Source of the DNA: Macrostomum lignano
Lineage: Eukaryota
Assembly (NCBI GenBank): GCA_002269645.1
Contig: NIVC01003543.1
Location: 1 to 64,000, forward strand
DNA length: 64,000 nt
Direction of reading: 5' to 3'
Shown in pieces: positions 22,901-35,854 of this stretch. The first letter of the stretch is position 1. Every line of letters begins with the position of its first letter. Made by a program: the position numbers and the translations under genes. Below the pieces are notes generated by a model. The model saw nothing but the letters and a program-made list of their open reading frames with translations. It ran no database searches and was not told where the DNA came from.

Positions 22901-25624
22901 ATGAACTGCAGAGCCTGCAGGCAGGACCGCAGGTCGCCGCCGTGTCGGGTGGCCAGGCCGGCCACAGCCAGCCGATCGCCCGGCAGGCCCTCGGCACGGC
23001 AGACCTCCAGCAGCCGGTTGACCAGGCCGGCCTGCGGCGGATCCGGCAGGCGAAGCTGCAACGCCAACGGCCGCAGGTGACGCAAGGCCGGCACGAACGG
23101 ATCGTTGCAGACGCAGATGACTGGCCGCATGAGAGGCCGCTGATTGCCGCGTTTCTTTGGCGCCGCCTGGCCAAAAAATCGAAGAAAAACAGTGGTTAAT
23201 TTGCTAACATTTCTACTTACAGTAGCATAAATCTTCCCAAATTATTTTTATTTTAATTGAAATTTAAAAAAGCTAAATTAGCCCGATCACATTTTCAATT
23301 GCTACTTAAAGTAGCTTAAATCTGCCGAGAAGAATTTTATTTAATAATTGCTACTTAAAGTAGCCTAAATCTGTCAAAATATTTTTAACAGAGCTTTCAG
23401 TAGCTTAAATTTTGCCCGCAATGCTTTTTTTCCTGCAGCGCGCATTTAGCCACGCGGCAGATTTTGCCTGCATTGCCTCCCCAATGCTTAGTAAGTCTTA
23501 ATCAACAGTAGCTATCGTTTTTATTCTACTATTTTCTACTTGAAGTAGCATGACGCGGGTTTAATTGGATTTCTTAATTTCTCATTCTTAGACATCCTCC
23601 TCAAATACACCTTCAAACAGGCGACCAGGGCGTCCACGGCGGGCGCCGGAGCCCCGTCGATCTCGTCCAGCACCAGACAGCCGGGCACCAGCGAGGGCGA
23701 GCCGTCGCCGTCGCCGCCAACTCCGCCAAGACGCACGGAGCCGCGACTGCGAGCGACAGCGTCCAGTCGAGCTCGAAACTGATCAACACTGCGATCGTCG
23801 CTAGCGTTCATCTCGACAACATTGTAGCCGCACTGCCGGGCCGCCGTGTGCGCCAGGGTCGTCTTGCCGCGGCCTGGCGGGCCCCACAGCAGCGCCACCT
23901 GATGAGGGCGGAGACAGAGATCGCGACAGATTGATGGTTTAACTGGTTTTATGGATAGTCAGTGGAGGTGATTCAGAGTACATGCCTGAAGATTAGAGTC
24001 ACGGACGCTGTACACCCTGTGTGTGTGTGAATGAGTCGTGTCTGCGTGTCACACTTGTGACCGTGATATGACCGTCAGTTACTCAATGTGACCAGAACGG
24101 AGAATCTTGATTTGAAGGTCATAAAACGATCACATAATAGGATTAAGGATTAAACCCCCATAGTAAAATTACTCTACACTGTATACGCACCTTAAAGAAC
24201 GGCCGACCAGAGTCGTCATACTCAGGCGGCTGGTTCTCCCTCGCCTCGGCCTCCTGCTGCTTGAACTGCCGTCTCTGCTGCCGGCCGTCGCCATTGTCGT
24301 CGTCCTCGCCGACGGCAACAGCCGCCGCTGCCGGGATGACCGACTGTCGACGCGGCCGGCCGAACACGGAGTGATCCCAGGATTTGAGCCAGTGCAGCAG
24401 AGCTCTGTTAGTGGCTTCATCGGATAGCAAATCCATGTAGCTCTTTGGCGAGTACTTGCTCACCCACAGCTCCGTGGGAGTCGCCGATGATTTTGTAGAT
24501 CTGTCGGCAGCGGCAGTGGCTGTAGCGGTGGCGCGCCAAGCGTTCAGACGCTGCTGACGGCGTCGATTCTCGGCGACGGCCTGATCTCGAAGCTCGCCGC
24601 CTGGGCATCAGGAATATTGGGAAGTCGAAAGTTGGGAAGAATTCACAGCCATAAGGGCCAACCCCCCCCCAAGGCACAGAGTGTCTCAGCGCTGGTTAGT
24701 CGGACAATGTCACCGAAGGCGCCTTAAAGTCCAATGACGCCTTAAGCCACTATTATCAGTGTTATCACCGGCTATTGACTGATTGACTAATATAGATTTT
24801 AATATTCCGCTTGTATCCCTGCTAGCCGCGCCAAGCGTGCACACCGCACTCGTGCGTACATCATGTACTGTCTATCTCAGCTTTTGCCAATCAGCAACTC
24901 TTCACCTACTTCGATTCAAGGCCAACTCCACTCCTTCAGATTAAATCTTAAATCAAACTTTAGCCACAACTTTTTACTATCTATGCTCACCAGCCTAAGC
25001 TATAGAGCCGATTGTGACGCAAATTGCATCGCCCACAGTTAAGCGTCACTTTTGAGGCTAAGATCTGATATAGAACTCATATAAATTTCTGCACTACCAA
25101 CCTTTTTTACCAAGCAAGGAATAACCCTCCAGGGTTCTCTTTGCAGCGCCAATGGGTTGGTCAGCACTAGCATCAAGAACATTTTCAAATGCGGCAGCAT
25201 CGCGTATTGATAGGTAAATACGCTGACCCTGCGATCCGGTCACTGAGCAGAACTCTTTGCCAACTGTTGGCACGGTGCGGTGGTAGCGCCAAGCCGGCTC
25301 CGCTGGCTTCTGAATTGACTTTGGCGGCGATTGTTCAGGCAAAGCAGAATTGGACTTCTGTTGCTGGGGCAAGGCTTCTGATATGGGATCAATACGCGGT
25401 CGCTTTACGGTTTGCTGCTGCTCAATTGAGTTGGATAAGCAAGTGCTGCTGCTGCTGCTGGGATCCACAGATTCAATTGGCCGTTTGCGCTGCCCTCCTG
25501 CTTCTGCTGTTGTTTCTTTAGCAGAAGCAGAAGAGCTGGCAGCAATAGCGACATCAGCTTCCTCCATCTCGCGCAACAGTTCGAGCTCATCCTCAAGCAG
25601 ACGATCGAACTCTTCATCGTCCAT
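19977..25624 (-). CDS. CHTF18: Chromosome transmission fidelity protein 18 (alternative RFC clamp-loader subunit), 7 exons, 912 aa
   Basis: Exons 25624-25102, 24600-24191, 23898-23611, 23166-22884, 22376-22094, 21338-21033 and 20622-19977 are GT..AG, phase-consistent and total 2739 nt. Motifs: LWVSKYSPKSYMDLLSDE, Walker A GPPGRGKTT, EMNASDDRS, CLVLDEIDGAP, RPVICVCNDPFVPALR, LQPSLRPVSTHLY and C-terminal WFRFNEGFSNAVRRPV. Confidence 0.95.
20760..20990. repeat. ~18-19 bp A-rich minisatellite (AAAACTGAAAAATCTCCC)n in CTF18 intron 6
   Basis: About 12 imperfect units. Confidence 0.85.
21380..22065. repeat. 14/17-bp minisatellite (GATTCAGTGGAGAT[GAT])n in CTF18 intron 5
   Basis: About 45 units. 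Confidence 0.96.
22405..22850. repeat. 30-bp minisatellite (CCCTAATGGTCCTCAGATGGGCCTCTACTT)n in CTF18 intron 4
   Basis: About 15 units. Confidence 0.95.
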
Positions 25625-27674
25625 GGTTTTTATATCGATTATTAATCAGAGTGATAACTATGATGCAGCTAAGGAGGCTTCCTGGCCAGAGCAGAAATTG
25701 TTGTGATTTGTAAATTGTGGACTGGAGTTCAGACTGGAGTTTTTTTATTATTTGATAATTAGTAAATCTTATGTAGTCATAAGTTGATTTCAATTCATGA
25801 CTATATATAACTTATTATACCTAAACCCAGGCCCCACTATCTAATTGATTTTTTTAATATTTTTATAAACATAGCCTACTCAGAACTAACAGTATATGAA
25901 ATATTACAAAGCTCTATAAAAATCCAAAAACAATAGAATTAAAGGCTTTTTGGCTTTTCTAACCTTGCCTTTAGGCCTACATCTGATCTTGTCCATTATT
26001 AATACTATTTAAATGAAACAATTGCAAGTTGCAAGTTGCAAGTTGTTCAGTCTCCAAGTGCATATAGGCTCTCTAACTTACTTCACAAGCCTATAGCCTA
26101 TAGGCATAGAAAGTTATCAAAACCAAAAGTAGTATTTTTATATAATATTGATTGATTAGATGGATTATATGATAAAAATAGAATTGATAGAATCATTCCA
26201 AATAGAAAATTGCAAATGACACAAGTGATAAATTTGTTATACTGTAATACTGTCCATGTTAGCTAAACATAACTAGGTATCAACCATGATCACAGTAACA
26301 ATCACAAGGAAAAAATCATGCATGGTTTTTTGCTAATCACAATTTGTGAATTAAACCTTACTTTTTTTAAGTCACAGCACAACCAAAGCAAAATTGCAAA
26401 AATCTGCGCAGATGTAACAAAACCACATAATAAAATATGGTCAAACAATAAACATGATAAAACAAAGCTTAACAATCAATAAAACTACTACACCTGGTAG
26501 TATTAATACTAACAAGTCTGTGTTTAAATAAAAATGTATGTTATAAAAAATTCAGTCGTACACAGTTTTATGCATAGTCTAGTTCCAAACATACAAAAAA
26601 TCAGTTGATTGATCCCTAAACATAACCACACAATTGTACACACATCAAGAAGCAGTGCTAGCTTTCTAAGGATGCTTGCAAATGTAACAAGTAAATACTA
26701 GATGTTGGAACCAATGTTACTAAGGTGAAGAGTTATTTAATGGATAATGGAGACTATTAGAAAGATTGTATCAAAGTCCAATGTGAAAAACTTTTAGAAG
26801 CAACTGCACAAGGCTAAAATGGTGCAAATCCTAGGCCTATAACACTATAATGACAATTGTGGACTAGCTGCAGAGTGCTAGGTACAATGGTAAAGATGCA
26901 AGAATCAAGAGGCATGATCTTAGCCATTATGTACCAATCTAAGGCAATGGTATACATTTTTGATATATATCAAGAAGTCTTACTTTTTGTATTAAAGAGG
27001 CATATAAGAAAGTTAATATGTTCTGTGTTGCATTGCATTTTTTAGCTACAATTCTAGACCTATGTTGCATATCTGCAGGTTTTCTACACTTATTCCAATA
27101 GGAATTGATATGGCTATAGCTATAGCCTAAGTAATAGTAGATATTATGCAATACAAAGCTCAATATAAACATTGAGTCAATTAGTACATTATTAGGTGAC
27201 TAGAAAGTTTATATCAATAGGTGAAAGATAGGCCTAGTAACTAGTAGAATGTAGAGATAACATTATTTATTGCCAATCTCTATACTTTAAGCAACTAGCA
27301 AAGAGCTGAATCATTAATTGTTCAATGCACTAAATAGACAAATGGGTGTGAAATGGCAATACTGTAATAATGTATTATGCTATGCAAAAGGTTTTTATAC
27401 TCATTAGACTTAGTCATGGACAAATTTTGCAACTTAGATAATAGGAGCTCTTTCCATTGTTTTATATAAGAACTAAATTCTATAAAAATGTTTCTAATGT
27501 TACTGGCTACATTGTAGGCCCTATGCCTATTTTTAAGTAATAAATATATAGATAGACCATATAGCCATATTTATCATAGGGCCTATTAAATATATAATCA
27601 AGGCTAAATATAATTAGGCCCTACACATTGACTTTATACCTACTAGATTTGCAATTGTACTTGTATTTATAGGC

Positions 27675-28527
27675 AGGTTGACGGTCGTTTCGTCTGCCGC
27701 CAGTTCGTCTGCCACCCTTTCGTCTGCAAGAATACGATACAGTCGTTTCGTCTGCCAACGAATAGTAAAGTTTTAATAAGTGTAAGTATGTCAGTTATTG
27801 TCATTAATTTGAGATTTGAGATATTTCAGATAACAGTGATTAAGATATCGGGAACATTTCTTAGTAGTTATGACTTAAACGAGTAATTTCTGAAAATTTT
27901 TGTTTATATTTAATAAACTACGCAATTGAGCGAATTCAATGCATTTTTGTCATGAAATGGCATGACGCCATACTATCTCTTAACCGTCTCAAAGCTTCAA
28001 AGCTCAAAAGCAATTAGTCGAGTTAGAATTATTTTACTTATCAGAATTCGTTTACTTTGTATTGGACAATACCGAAGATTCAGTGTATTTAAATGCACAA
28101 AGTGTATAGCGGCAGTAAGAATGTATACATGTTACTGTATAAAAGAATAATATGAATAATATGAACAACATGATAGCAAACGACGCAGTTGTCCATAAAA
28201 ATTTGATTGAAATACGAAGTAAATGCTTGAATTATTTGACTTCCGGTTAGACGCGCACAAATTATAAATCCCATTCACAGCTCACTACGTAGATTCAATT
28301 AAAGCTTATCCGGATAATTGTATTTCTTGGAAACATTGCAATAAGCAAAATAAAAAATACAAAGACTACATCTAATTCTAAATCTGAAAATAACTTGTAA
28401 ATTCTAGCTATTAAAATAAACTGGAAATTATTTCAGCTATTTATAAAACTTATTTTGCTGCTTATTTTAAAAAGTCGTTTCGTCTGCCGGCAGACGAAAA
28501 GGCGGCAGACGAAATGACCGCGCACCT
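27675..28527. mobile_element. Non-autonomous DNA transposon with TIRs and a 6-bp TSD (unclassified)
   Basis: Imperfect TIR AGGTTGACGGTCGTTTCGTCTGCCGCC / GGCGGCAGACGAAATGACCGCGCACCT, with subterminal TTCGTCTGC motifs. ATAGGC flanks both ends (27669-27674 and 28528-28533). Confidence 0.8.
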
Positions 28528-29238
28528 ATAGGCATAGCCAATATAGTTATCAATAAAAGAAATTTGATTTTACTGATTATTATAGTAGGCTTTAGCCCTT
28601 GCCTATACCTATACCTAGGCTCTAGGGATTTTATATTTTGTAGGCCCCTATTAAAAAATCTAGGATTTATTTTATGTAGGTAGGCCTAACCTATGCTTAG
28701 GTAAGCAGTAGGCCTAAGACTTATTTTGAAATTCAAAAGCTCAGCCATAAATACAAGGTTTATTGGATTATAAAGGTAAAGTTAGACCTAAAACTAAAAG
28801 CCTAAAGCTAGGGCATAGTTGTTTCCATAGCTTAAAGTATTATAAGCCTAGTCTATCCAGCTAGGCCTAGCTTTTCTAATTTCTAGCCTAAAGACTAGGC
28901 CTAACTTTCAATTTTAAGTATTTTGTATATAATGAATCAGTGTTAGGGATTACAATTAAATTCCTAAACCTTTTTCCAAGTTGATTAGGCCCTAGTCTAA
29001 TTTTTACCAATCATTTTGTTTAAAAAGCAAGATACTTCCCCCAAAAAGTAGGACAATTCATCCAATTCCCACTTGTTGTTGCTTCTTTATTTGTCTTGGA
29101 TGCCTAAAGCACTGTGACTTATTGAGTTTAGAGCTTGTTAAATTATGGTCACTGGTTAGATTGTCATATTCATTTCGTTATCCTTCATAGGCCTATCAGA
29201 TGACAAAGTGACCAAAAGCAAACTAGCTTGAAATAGGG

Positions 29239-30511
29239 ACTTCAGTGAGTTATAAGAAGTGCGTGCCAATGGCAAAAAAGTAAGAAAAAAGTCCAATTTT
29301 TCAAGGGCGATTTTAAAGAAACTATAGAAGCCAGGATGAAAGTAAAATATGCATTTAAAAGGTAAAAAGGAGCTCTTTCAAATGACACCAACTGCAAGTC
29401 TAGCTTTGTTATACTTTTTGCACTGTATATTTTTAAAGTTGACCATTTTTTAGGAGGAATATAAAATTGAAGCCAAAATGAATAAAAAAACAGTGGTTCA
29501 GAAAATGCTTTTTCTTAGCTGCAATGTGTTTCTTATAATGGAAACAAAGGTTTTATAGTGTAAAGGGATAATTTAGAAACATTTTTCTGGTGTTAAAAAA
29601 AATTTTTTTTTTCTTTTAATGCCCATATGGCTCTATGCAAAATTTCAAATCCAAAATTTTCCATGAAATCCTTTTCCTGCATTGTTTCTCTTTATATTTT
29701 TCATTACCTATTGACAATACAAGCACAGTAAAAAAAACCGCTTGCCAATAGCTATAGGCGCAAAAATTTTGTGGAGGTTTCTTTTTTTGATACGTTTACA
29801 TGTAAAATACCCATTGAAACGTGTATTTCGTGTTTTTTGTGAGACTCTGCCTTCCGGCAAACTAGTTCTCTGTGTCATTTAACTAATTCTGCTATGCTGA
29901 ACACGATAGGCAAAACCGTTTTTTAATAAACCCATGCGCAAAGCCTGTACAGCACATTACATTGCAGTTGGGGTGTCTGTCATGCATTAAAAATTTAGGG
30001 CAAGAAGTAGAATAGTATTATAGTAGGTAAAAACCTGAACAAAATGACACTAGCCTTGTATAAATTAAGCAAGCAGAACAGATGCTATTGTATTTTTAAA
30101 ATTGCAATCATTGCGTATCTGGTTAAAATAGTCAAAATTTCATACACCCATCCTGTTTCAATTAGCTTAGCAACTTGGGCATATAAAATAATATTAAAAT
30201 ATATAATTCATACAATTAACACTAAAAAACTGAACAAAATGACACCAAGCACAGTCATTTTGGTTGGCTAGAAAATTAATTACAAGTGTTCAAAGACAAA
30301 AAGCCAACTTTTTGGCCAAAAATGATCACAAACCGTAATGTAAAAATTCCATTGGCTAAAGGCACAAATCGGGGTTACTAAAATAGCTGTAGTTTCCTTA
30401 TTACTCAACCAAATCACTAAAGTTTGGCCATTTTGGAAATGGGAAAGTAAGATCTATCTAGTGAAATAGCAGCCTATAACAATTTCTGAAATTTAATTTT
30501 CTCACTGAAGT
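29239..30511. mobile_element. Putative non-autonomous DNA transposon with an 11-bp TIR
   Basis: ACTTCAGTGAG ... CTCACTGAAGT with an AT-rich interior. No TSD was found. Confidence 0.4.
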
Positions 30512-30935
30512 GCTTACTTGAAAAATAATATGACAAAGTGACCAAATATTTAGTTATGTTGGATACTTCATCATCAACCAATCTATATGATTTGAGTTAG
30601 TGTAAACTTTTTTTGTTTAATAACTATAAGCTGTGGCAAGCAGAATTAATCAATCGACAGGTTTTATCAATCAAGATGACAAAATGACTGGGATCATTAG
30701 GATTCCAAGTAAATATATTTGATTGCCACAATAATTCACTTGAAGTTGGAACTAATATGATTGGTGGATGACGAAATGACTCTCTTCAGGTAGTGCATGT
30801 TAATTAAGATGACGAAGTCACCCAGATGACAAAATGGCAGATGACGAAATGACTAGAAACCTAAATTACCTATAATACCTAATTTAATTCTTTGAAACTT
30901 GTGATGCTTAGTTATTGTTAGGCCCTATTATTGAT

Positions 30936-31118
30936 CAGGGGCGGATCCAGAGGGGGGGCCAAGGGGCCATGGCCCCCCTCAGCGGCGGCCAAAAAATGTT
31001 GGCCATATTTTTTTGGCCTGCAACCATGCCAGGTCTATTTTCCAATTTTGGGTTGTAGTGCTTGGTAAAGCTTGCCTTGCCCCCCCCCCCCCTAAAATTT
31101 TTTCTGGATCCGCGCCTG
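30936..31118. mobile_element. 183-bp hAT-like MITE
   Basis: TIR CAGGGGCGGATCCAG / CTGGATCCGCGCCTG with a perfect 8-bp TSD TTATTGAT (30928-30935 and 31119-31126). Confidence 0.9.
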
Positions 31119-33547
31119 TTATTGATTGGTTAGGGCCTACACATTTGCTTTGGTGGATGGTGGTTTAGGCCCCTTTAGGGTTGGTCTAGCTAGGAGCTAC
31201 TAGCTAGGACTAAATTGTGCAACAAATGTTTTACAACTTGTATAGACCCAGTCGCATTAATTTAGTCTAAATTCAGATCTAAATGCATAGGAAAAACCTG
31301 GTATGCGTTAACACTACTTTGCTTTAAAACGTTTACATATACATCATATGGTTGGTTCAGCAATCTTGCACGCTGATTCTTGATCTATCCTGAAAATATG
31401 TAGTAGTAGTAGTAGTAAGTTGGCTCAGGCAAGAAGCCTGTTTGGCCAATATATTTCTGTGTATTTTAAGATTACTTCAGGTCCAGGAACAGAAGGTAAT
31501 ATTTTAGGATAAGTTATTTACTACGATTACAAGTACGAGTTTTGCAATATGGTATTTGAAAGGACGCGTAAATTTTGTTGACGAAACTATGGACGACTAG
31601 CGAGGTGAAAGAAAGAGCAAGGAGTTAAAAAAGTATTGCGTGAAATTAAGTTCTATAATAAGTAGTAGTAGTAGTAAAGTAGTAGTAGTAGTAAATAAAA
31701 AAATTTAGTAATAAAATGCGATTCAGAAAAGGTAGTTAAATATTATTTTGTCAATATAACAAATATCTAGTATAATTAAGGATTGTTCTCAATAATAGGC
31801 GATTTTGGTAAGGGGTAAAACACTACCCGAAAAATGGGGTAAAAGGCTACCCGATGATTTTAGGCGTCTACCCGCTTCAAATCGTCCAGAAAATGCGCCT
31901 AACCTATGCAGCTTCTAGTGTGGAATTTTTTAGGTGAAAAACTGAAAGATTATGATGAAATTCACGTTTATTTTTGTTGGTAGTGTTTTACTCCAAAAAG
32001 CTACCCAAAACTACCCGACCCCTACCCCCGTCATTGAGAATCGAAAATCAATAGCTAAGCTTACTTTTACATCTTCTCCCATAATGTATAATATCAAGTG
32101 GTTTTAACCTGTATGAGCAAAGTTAGGGTAATGGGTAATTTGTTTTACTGTATTTTACTTTCGCATTTTTTAACAGGCATTTTCGTTTACATTTCACTTA
32201 GTTATTGTGTAGCCCGTTAAGCTAGCGTAAGGTGCAAACTAATATTAAAGCATCGTTTTTTAGTTGATGCATAGTATAGAAAATAAATTACCTCTAATAG
32301 AGGCTCGATATATTTTTGCCTCAATTCAAAGTGAATTTCACTGTCAAAGTTTTTTATGGTTAACATTAAATTTATTCATTAAAAATTAAGCAGATTGTGT
32401 AAAGTATAAGTATGAAATGCCAAATACCATATGTCAACTGTCCTTTATAAGTTTATATATTTACGCTTTGTATACCAGAAGCGTAATACTATGTTTACTC
32501 AATTATTTTTGGCCATGCCTTGTCTGTCACTACCATTGGGCATTGCTATGGATGGCTTTTGATAGGTTTTTGAATACTCACTTTAGATTCTTCTTATATT
32601 GTGGCAGGCTGTGAAGCACTTCTATATTTAGGAATGGATCATGATCTAATTAGAGTTACTGTTTTACTTTATCCTACTCTACTTTAAGGAAGTTTCAAGA
32701 ATAGCAAAACCATGATATTGATTATATTTATAGAATTTGACAATAGGATAGGAAGAATAAATTAAGAAAGGACCATAATCTAATGGGGGTTATTAAAATT
32801 TGCTTTCTCACTTTGTCTATTGGCCTCATAAATTTAATAGCAAATTGGAAATGCTTTTAAGTTGATAACTAGACTTAGTTTGTTGTCTATTTTTGCCCTA
32901 GGGCTCTCTATTATTCTTTCTCTTGGTTCTAACTTATATACACTTTATATATACTTTATAAAGTATATAATACACTTTACTACTAATATTCCTCTTGTCT
33001 AAACTTCCTCTCTTTGGTAGTGGTTGTGCCCAAGCAACTTGACACTCCTTCTTATAGTCTAGGCATTGTGATCTAGAGGGTCATAGCAATTACTCAATCT
33101 AAATGATTGGAATACTTCTTGAATTTAGACTTCAATGATTTGCTCACTTTCAGGCTAATTTAATATTGCAAAATATTTGAGTGTTTTAACAAAGTTTACT
33201 ATATGATTTGAATATTAAAGCAAATTGCTTTGATACAAATTCAATTTTCAAATATTCAATAGTGAATATTTTAAGGATGGCCTATTATATTTTCTAATTA
33301 TAATATCTTTCAGACAAAATTGGGAATGAATAATAGAAAAATGCAATATGTACTTTTTTGTCATAGCCTTCTAATTAGACTGATATAAAAGTTTTATACA
33401 ATTATAGCATTTTGTGCCTTACTTTGCTTTTTTATCTGTTATGATTACAATTAAATTCCAAACTTATTTAATAACTAACTTAGAGTATTGCAAACTGAAG
33501 ATTCTATTATTAGTATATATTTTCATTTTTTGAAAATTAGATTGTTA

Positions 33548-35854
33548 CTAGCAGTCTTCGCCCCCCGTTGGGGGACATCTGGATAGAATCTCTGTTTTCT
33601 ACAAGTAACAAAAAGACAGCCAAAAAAGCCTTCACAAAGACAGCAAGCATCCCCCAGATAGCAAGCATCCCCCGAATAGCAAGCATCCCCCAGATAGCAA
33701 GCATCCCCCAGATAGGAAGCATCGCCAAATAGTAAGCATCCACCAGACAATAAGTAGCTAGTGCAACAGTTTCCTTAGCTCTATAGTGGCTCCTTTAAAA
33801 TTGGCATGACACTTTTATGTTAGAAATTGTGTATCTTTTATGTTTGACATGGTGACTCTTTAATGTTTGACATGGTGGCTCTTTTATGTTCTACATGGTG
33901 GCTCTTTTATGTTTGATTCGGGGTTTTTTTAATGTCTGACATGGTGTCTCTTTAATGTTTGACATAGTGGCTCTTTTATGTTTGACATGGTGGCTCTTTA
34001 GTGTTTTACATGGTGGCTCTTTAATGTTCAACATGGTGGCTCTTTTATGTTTGACATGATGGCTCTTTAATGTTCTACATGGTGGCTTTTTATTTTCGAC
34101 ATGGTGGCTCTTTAATGTTTGGCATGATGGCTCTTTGATGTTTGACATGGAGTCACGAATATACTTGACATGGTGACTCGTTAATGTTAGACATGGTGGC
34201 ACCTTAATGTCTGTAATGATGGTCTTTAATGTTTGAAATGGTGGCTCTTTAATGTTTGACATGGAGTCACATATATGTTGGACATTGTGGCTCTTTAATG
34301 TTTGACATGGTGGCTCTTTTATGTTCGACATGGTGGTTCTTTTATGTTCGACATGGTGGCTCTTTTATGCTTGACATGGTGGCTCTTTACTGTTTGACAT
34401 GGAGTCACATATATGTTTGACATGGTGGCTCTTTAATGTTTGACATGGTGGCTCTTTTATGTTTGACGTGGTGGCTCTTTAATGTTCTTCATGGCGGCTC
34501 TTTTATGTTTGACATGGAGTCACGAATATACTTGACATGGTGACTCGTTAATGTTAGACATGGTGGCTCTTTAATGTCTGACCTGGTGGCAACTTAATGT
34601 AATGATGGCTCTTTAATGTTTGACATGATGGCTCTTTAATGTTTGACGTGGTGGCTCTTTAATGTCCTTCATGGTGGCTTTTTTATGTTTGACATGGAGT
34701 CACGAATATACTTGACATGGTGACTCGTTAATGTTAGATACGGTGGCTCTTTAATGTTTGAAATGGTGGCTCCATAATGTTAGACATGGTGGCTCTTTAA
34801 TGTTCGACATGGTGGCTCTTTAATGTTAGACATGGTGGCTCTTTAATTTTTCACAAGGTGGCTCTTTAATGTTTGACATGTTGGTCCTTTTATGTTTGAC
34901 ATGGTGCCTCTTTAATGTATGACATAGTGGCTCTTTTATGTTTGACATTGTGGCTCTTTAATGTTTGACGTGGACGCGTGGTGGCTTTTTAATGTTCGAC
35001 ATGGTGGCTCTTTAATGTTCGACATGGTGGCTCTTTTATGTTTGACATGGAGTCACAAATATACTTGACATGGTGACTCGTTAATGTTTGACCTGGTGGC
35101 ACCTTAATGTAATGATGGCTCTTTGATGTTTGAAATGGTGGCTCCTTAATATTTGACATGGTGGCTCTATAATGTTTGACATTGTGGCTCTTTAATGTTA
35201 GACATGATGGCTCTTTAATGTTCGACATGGTGGCTCTTTTTATGTTTGACATTGTGCTTTTTTGTGTTTAGCATTTTGTGTTTTTAAGGTTTTTGAATAA
35301 AAAAATCTTTTTGCGCTACTACGATTCGAACCCAGGTCGCTGCATTAGCAGTCCAGTCTGTTCGCATCTATGCTATCTCTTGTCAATTGGAGAACATGAA
35401 TTGTGGCCCTTATAATTCAATTCTTATAGCAAATCGGTTAGAGTAAAAAGTTATGACATAATCAATTTCTTAGTCAGCCAGTATCAGTGTCAATTTAAGT
35501 TAGCAATATTGTTACGCAATTTAAATTAAGTTTTGTGTGCATTTGTTCGGCACTGTTTTCAACTGGTTGTGACGTAATCCTTATCACAATTGGAATTCGG
35601 TCATTCAGTTTTTTCTCTAGCATTTTTATAATGCATTTTAGGTCGAAAGAGCTGCTTGACCTTTGCAAAAAAGCATGTTTTTCGAATATTTAATCCCTTT
35701 AACATTGAGGAATTTCTTAGCCAAGATGCATGTACCGTCCCAGGAAAATTTCTGATCGAATGGTGCAAGTTTGAAGAAAATCGGTTGAGCCATTTTTTCT
35801 GAAATCTATCGCATACCTACCCACATACAGACAACTCATTTTTAGTATATTGGA
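33548..35854 (-). mobile_element. Non-autonomous Helitron copy 1
   Basis: On the minus strand it starts TC(CAATATACTA). It ends with hairpin CCCCC-AAC-GGGGG, ~10 nt and CTAG, followed by host T. It contains a 17-18 bp repeat, a 23-bp satellite (~33830-35260), a tRNA-like unit and a conserved core. There is no RepHel ORF. Confidence 0.85.

Noticed and set aside
31783-32042. Possible MITE with GGGGTAA/CTACCC repeats
   Set aside because: Only an 8-bp terminal match (TTCTCAAT) and no TSD.
35318-35380. Functional tRNA-Ser(GCT) genes in the Helitron copies
   Set aside because: There is no acceptor stem or long variable arm, and the anticodon-like loop varies among copies.
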